Below are positions 60,420-64,000 of a stretch of DNA of 64,000 nt, piece after piece. Under the pieces are notes generated by a model, which was not told the DNA's origin, did no database searches, and was given only the letters and a program-made list of their open reading frames with translations. The stretch's first letter is position 1. Each line of letters starts with the position of its first letter. The DNA comes from Mobula hypostoma (taxonomy: Eukaryota): positions 29,760,001-29,824,000 of the forward strand of contig NC_086108.1 in NCBI RefSeq assembly GCF_963921235.1, read 5' to 3'. The position numbers were made by a program, and so were the translations under genes.

Positions 60420-62759
60420 TATGGCGACCCACTTTCTACGCAGGCAAACCGACTCACAAAATGGCGCGCGCGTCGGCAGAGAGGCCAGCCCCAAAATGGC
60501 GCTGGGCCACCTTCTTCACCAGAAATGGGAGAAAGCCCGCATGTGGGAAGAGACTTTTGTAATGCACCTCTGACGTCATTTCTGCCAGGAGAGGGCAGGA
60601 ACGGAACTGCGTAAAAGCCAGTGCCGCAAAGTTGGAATAAATTAGTCTCGTGTGCAACTTACAGACTGTGTGTCGTTATTTCTAGCTGTGTGTAGCACTT
60701 CACTACATTGGTGACCCCGACGGTCCAAACGGGATTTCGATCAAAGATGATGGACTCTTCATCTGTTCAAGCAGTTTCACTAACACTGCCAACTTTCTGG
60801 ACGCTGCGACCACGCGTGTGGTTTGACCAAGCAGAAGCCCAGTTCCAGATTCGGCAGATATCTTCTGATTCCACACGTTACTATTATGTGGTGAGCTCCC
60901 TTGATCAGGAGACAGCTACCCCAGGTTGAGGATTTCATACAGTCACCCCCGGAAGAAGGCAAATATGCAGCATTCAAAGCGCTGCTCATAGGGACCTTTG
61001 GCCTCTCACGACACGAGCAAGGTGCCCGCTTGCTGCACCTGGACGGTTTGGGAGACAGGCCGCCATCAGCATTAATGAATGAGATGCTGGCCCTGGCTGA
61101 AGGACACAAGCCCTGCCTCATGTTTGAGCAGGCGTTCCTAGAGCAACTGCCCGAGGACATACATCTGCTGCTGGCCGATGCAGATTTCAGTGACCCCTGG
61201 AAGGTGGCAGCCTGGGCAGATGTGCTGTGGAAAGCCAAGAGGGAGAGCGGGGCGTCTGTCAGACAGATTACCAAGCTACACGCCCAACAGCAGACCAGAC
61301 CAGGCCCGGCAATGGAGCGCACACAACCCAGAGGCAGGAGTGAGGAGGCCAATGAACAATGGTGTTTCTACCACCAGTGGTGGGGCACAGAAGCCTGCTG
61401 TTGTTGCCCGCCCTGCAAGTTTTCAGGAAACACCAGGGCCAGCCACCGCTAATGGCTACGGCGGCTGGCCACCAGGACAGCCTCCTGTATGTCTGGGACA
61501 AACAGTCGGGACGCCGCTTCTTGGTTGACACTGGAGTGGAGATCAGCGTCTTACCCCAGACGGGGTATGACACCCGCAACAGGGAGACGGGACCCACCCT
61601 GAGGGCCGCAAACGGCAGCACGATTCGGGATACTATGGTAACTATGGTAGACCGGTTCACAAGATGGCCAGAGGCGGTCCTGCTCAACAACACCACCGCC
61701 GATTCCTGCGCCCGAGCGCTGATTGCAACCTGGGCAGCCCACTTCGGGATACCGGCCCACATTACCCCTGATAGAGGTGCCCAGTTCACCTCCAGCCCAT
61801 GGTCGGCTGTGGCCAGCCTGTTAAGAACACAATTACACCACACAACTGCCTACCACCCACAGTCGAACGGACTAGTGGAATGCTTCCACCGTCACTTAAA
61901 GTCGGCTCTCATGGCCCGCCTGAAAGGGCCTAACTGGGTGGACGAGCTTTCCTGGGTCCTGCTTGGAATCCGCACAGCACCAAAAGAGGATCTGCACACC
62001 TCGTCAGCCGAGCTGGTGTACGGCACACCCCTGGTTGTCCCAGGAGAGTTCATACCAGCCCCAAGGGAGCAAGCGGAAGAACCCGCAGCAGTCCTGGACA
62101 GACTACGCGAAAGACTCGGCAACCTGGCCCCCGTTCCAACTTCACAGCACGGACAGAGCCCAACCTGCGTACCCAAAGACCTGCAGAACTGTAAGTTTGT
62201 ATTTGTATGAATGGGCGCACACCGGGCACGCTACAGCGGCCGTATGAGGGGCCGTTCAAGGTGATCAGGAACAACGGGTCCATGTATGTTCTGGACATTG
62301 GAGGGAGAGAGGAGGTTTTCATGGTGGACCGACTCAAACCAGCCCATGTGGACTTGGCGCAGCCGGTCGAGGTTCAGGCACTGCGGCGCAGAGGCAGACC
62401 GCCCAAACAGAGACTGATCCAGACTGTGGACATTGGGGGATGTAGCGCCAGTTCTGGGGTGGGGTGGGGTTACGTGGCGACCCACTTTCTACACTGGTGA
62501 GCCGGCTCACAAAATGGCGCACGCGTTGGCAGAGAGGCCAGCCCCAAAATGGCGCTGTGCCTTCTTCACCAGCAAGGGGAGAAAGCCCGTGCACGGGAAG
62601 AGACTTTTGTAATGCACCTCTGATGTCATTTCTGCCCGGAGAGGGCAGGAACGGAACTGCATAAAAGCCAGTGCCGTGAAGTTTGAATAAACTAGTCTTG
62701 AGTGCAACTTACAGACTGAGTGTCATTCTTTCTAGCTCTGTGTGTAGCACATCGCTACA
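60420..62759 (+). mobile_element. Gypsy LTR element D, 2.34 kb, lacking RT and RNase H
   Basis: LTRs at 60420-60707 and 62473-62759 (about 32 substitutions plus 2 indels by eye, ~89% identical). AGGA TSD at 60416-60419 and 62760-62763. Gag 'LPTFWTLRPRVWFDQAEAQF', protease 'FLVDTGVEISVLP', integrase core 'MVDRFTRWPEA...DRGAQFTS...HPQSNGLVE'. Confidence 0.95.
60709..60722 (+). promoter_or_regulatory. tRNA-Trp primer binding site of element D
   Basis: TGGTGACCCCGACG begins one base after the 5' LTR and is complementary to the 3' end of vertebrate tRNA-Trp(CCA) (...CGTCGGGGTCACCA). Confidence 0.85.
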
Positions 62760-63033
62760 AGGACATCAATAAACAGGTTGATATTTTGAAATACTGCGAA
62801 AAGTAAATGTGGATGTGAAACCTCTGCTGACCAGTCTCACTATCAACAAGGAGAAATTAAAGGAGAGGTCACAGGCTGGAGTGGTTTTGTCTGTGGAAGA
62901 GGAGGAAGCAGAACTGAAAGGTCTCAAAACGGAATCTGAGAGAAAGCTTGCCACCCCGTTCATGGTGGAACATCTGGAACAGACTCCAACTGCATCACCT
63001 GCTCTTACAAAATACAAATAAAAGATCAAAGAA

Positions 63034-63133
63034 AAGTCCTGCCGAAGGGTTTTGGCCTGAAATGTCGACTGTACTTTTTTCCATAGCTGCTGCCTGGCCT
63101 GCTGAGTTCCTCCAGCATTTTGTGTGTGTTGCT
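63034..63133 (+). mobile_element. Isolated ~100-bp PLE tail with a mutated hammerhead (A6 to C)
   Basis: agtc CTGCCGA a ggg ttttgg cct GAAA tg TC gact, followed by 'gctgcctggcctgctgagttcctccagcattttgtgtgtgttgct'. Confidence 0.8.
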
Positions 63134-64000
63134 GAACAGACCAGATATGACTTCCTTCAATAAGCTAATTGACAGTATGAAGGCAAGTGGAACCTTGCCT
63201 CTGCAATCAAAACCCCCTGAAATTCTACCGTTTCCCCCCCCCGCCCCCCGTAATGTGGCCTCCACACCCAGATATTCTAGGTGACCTGCTTGGCGGTCAG
63301 AATCATCACACCTCAATCCTTAATCAGTAAGGCCATTCATCACCTGTCACCTGTGCTTTCTGAGGTGACCCTATTGACAATGCAGTACCCAAGCCAAGAT
63401 CTATACGTACACCACCAAGAGATAACATTACCTTAGCGTTATCCCCAAGTTGTCAATACCCTCACAGGATTACGTCTGGGAATAGAGGCGGTCTACCCTC
63501 CCAACCCTAGTTTTAAAAAAAAGTCTTTTGTTGTTGGTTGTATTGGATGATCACTCTATTGAATCTTAATAGCTCAGTGGCTGGTCTCTGTGGGAAGGCG
63601 GAGTAGGGCGGAGGGATACATTATGTATTGACGTATATTTTGACCCTTGCAAGTTGCTATCAAGCTTCCCACGTGTGCTATGTACTGAATGTAATATGAG
63701 AGGGCATTTTAGCTAAATGACTTGCAAGTAAAATAAACAGCTGAACATTTCTTCTTCACCTCTCCATCTCTTGTGTGTGTTATTCACAGTCAACGAGCTT
63801 CCCAGTACCACAAACATATTTTTAATAACTACTGAACAAAGAATTTCTACTAAATGATTTTTCAGTCAGCAGAACTAGAACAGATTAGCTGGTCACTTGT
63901 TACTGTTTAAGGCTGAAACCTGGCAACTGGAGTATTTTCACAGGTGAATACTGCAGATGCTTAAAAACAGCAATGGGATGGGGCTGGAAATTTTCTAAGG

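Larger units (their letters stand above)
56359..63820 (+). mobile_element. Gypsy-like LTR element C (gag and protease remnants, most of pol absent), hosting a CR1, element D and a PLE tail
   Basis: LTR pair at ~56359-56551 (completed by 57689-57694 after the CR1) and ~63624-63820, sharing 'gagagggcatt...atgacttgca.gtaaaataaacagc...cttcccagtac.acaaaca'. PBS-like 'ttgtgatgagg' (tggcgacgagg, tRNA-Ser GCT, CpG-decayed). Gag 'VPILLTVMGGAKTFNLLHSLV' and 'LTEDRLSLQKAVEI', knuckle 'YCCGKTGH'. Confidence 0.8.

Noticed and set aside
62432-62472. G-quadruplex-like G tracts
   Set aside because: Explained as the polypurine tract of element D.
36561-62759. APOBEC-type hypermutation of the LTR elements near APOBEC4
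   Set aside because: Differences between LTR pairs are mostly transitions in both directions and many are at CpG, which methyl-C deamination explains. Genomic proximity to the gene is irrelevant to cDNA editing. A formal context test against family consensuses was not possible.
1-64000. CRISPR arrays, rRNA or tRNA genes, prokaryotic systems, and the many 60-130 aa ORFs in the supplied track
   Set aside because: No regularly spaced repeats or structural RNA genes were seen, and the DNA is vertebrate. The short ORFs often use GTG/TTG starts and map to TE fragments, their antisense strands or random AT-rich sequence.

Overview
Eukaryotic genomic DNA from a vertebrate. The repeat spectrum (CR1, Rex1/Babar, RTE, Penelope-like, Gypsy) suggests a cartilaginous fish such as a ray or shark; this is an inference. 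By my hand annotation about 60-65% of the window is transposon-derived. Only one host protein-coding gene is well supported: an intact 370-aa APOBEC4 (AID/APOBEC cytidine deaminase fold) whose whole CDS is one ORF at 19204-20316 on the minus strand. The rest is layered mobile DNA. There are two nested Gypsy LTR complexes (36.5-46.7 kb and 56.4-63.8 kb), a near-full-length Neptune-type Penelope-like element (PLE, 22.8-26.0 kb), a solo LTR, MITEs and many LINE fragments. The most interesting structures are (i) minimal hammerhead ribozymes in the PLE tails, including a ~500-bp internally deleted mini-PLE whose ribozyme has an intact core and a GUC cleavage triplet, (ii) internally deleted derivatives of two other retroelement classes (a 404-bp RTE mini-element and a Gypsy lacking RT/RNase H with protease joined in frame to integrase), and (iii) possible regulatory features of APOBEC4 (in-frame uORF, candidate upstream exon). 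Nearly all short ORFs in the supplied track are TE fragments or noise. No rRNA, intact tRNA or CRISPR array was seen. Coordinates were read by eye; boundaries without a target-site duplication (TSD) are approximate.
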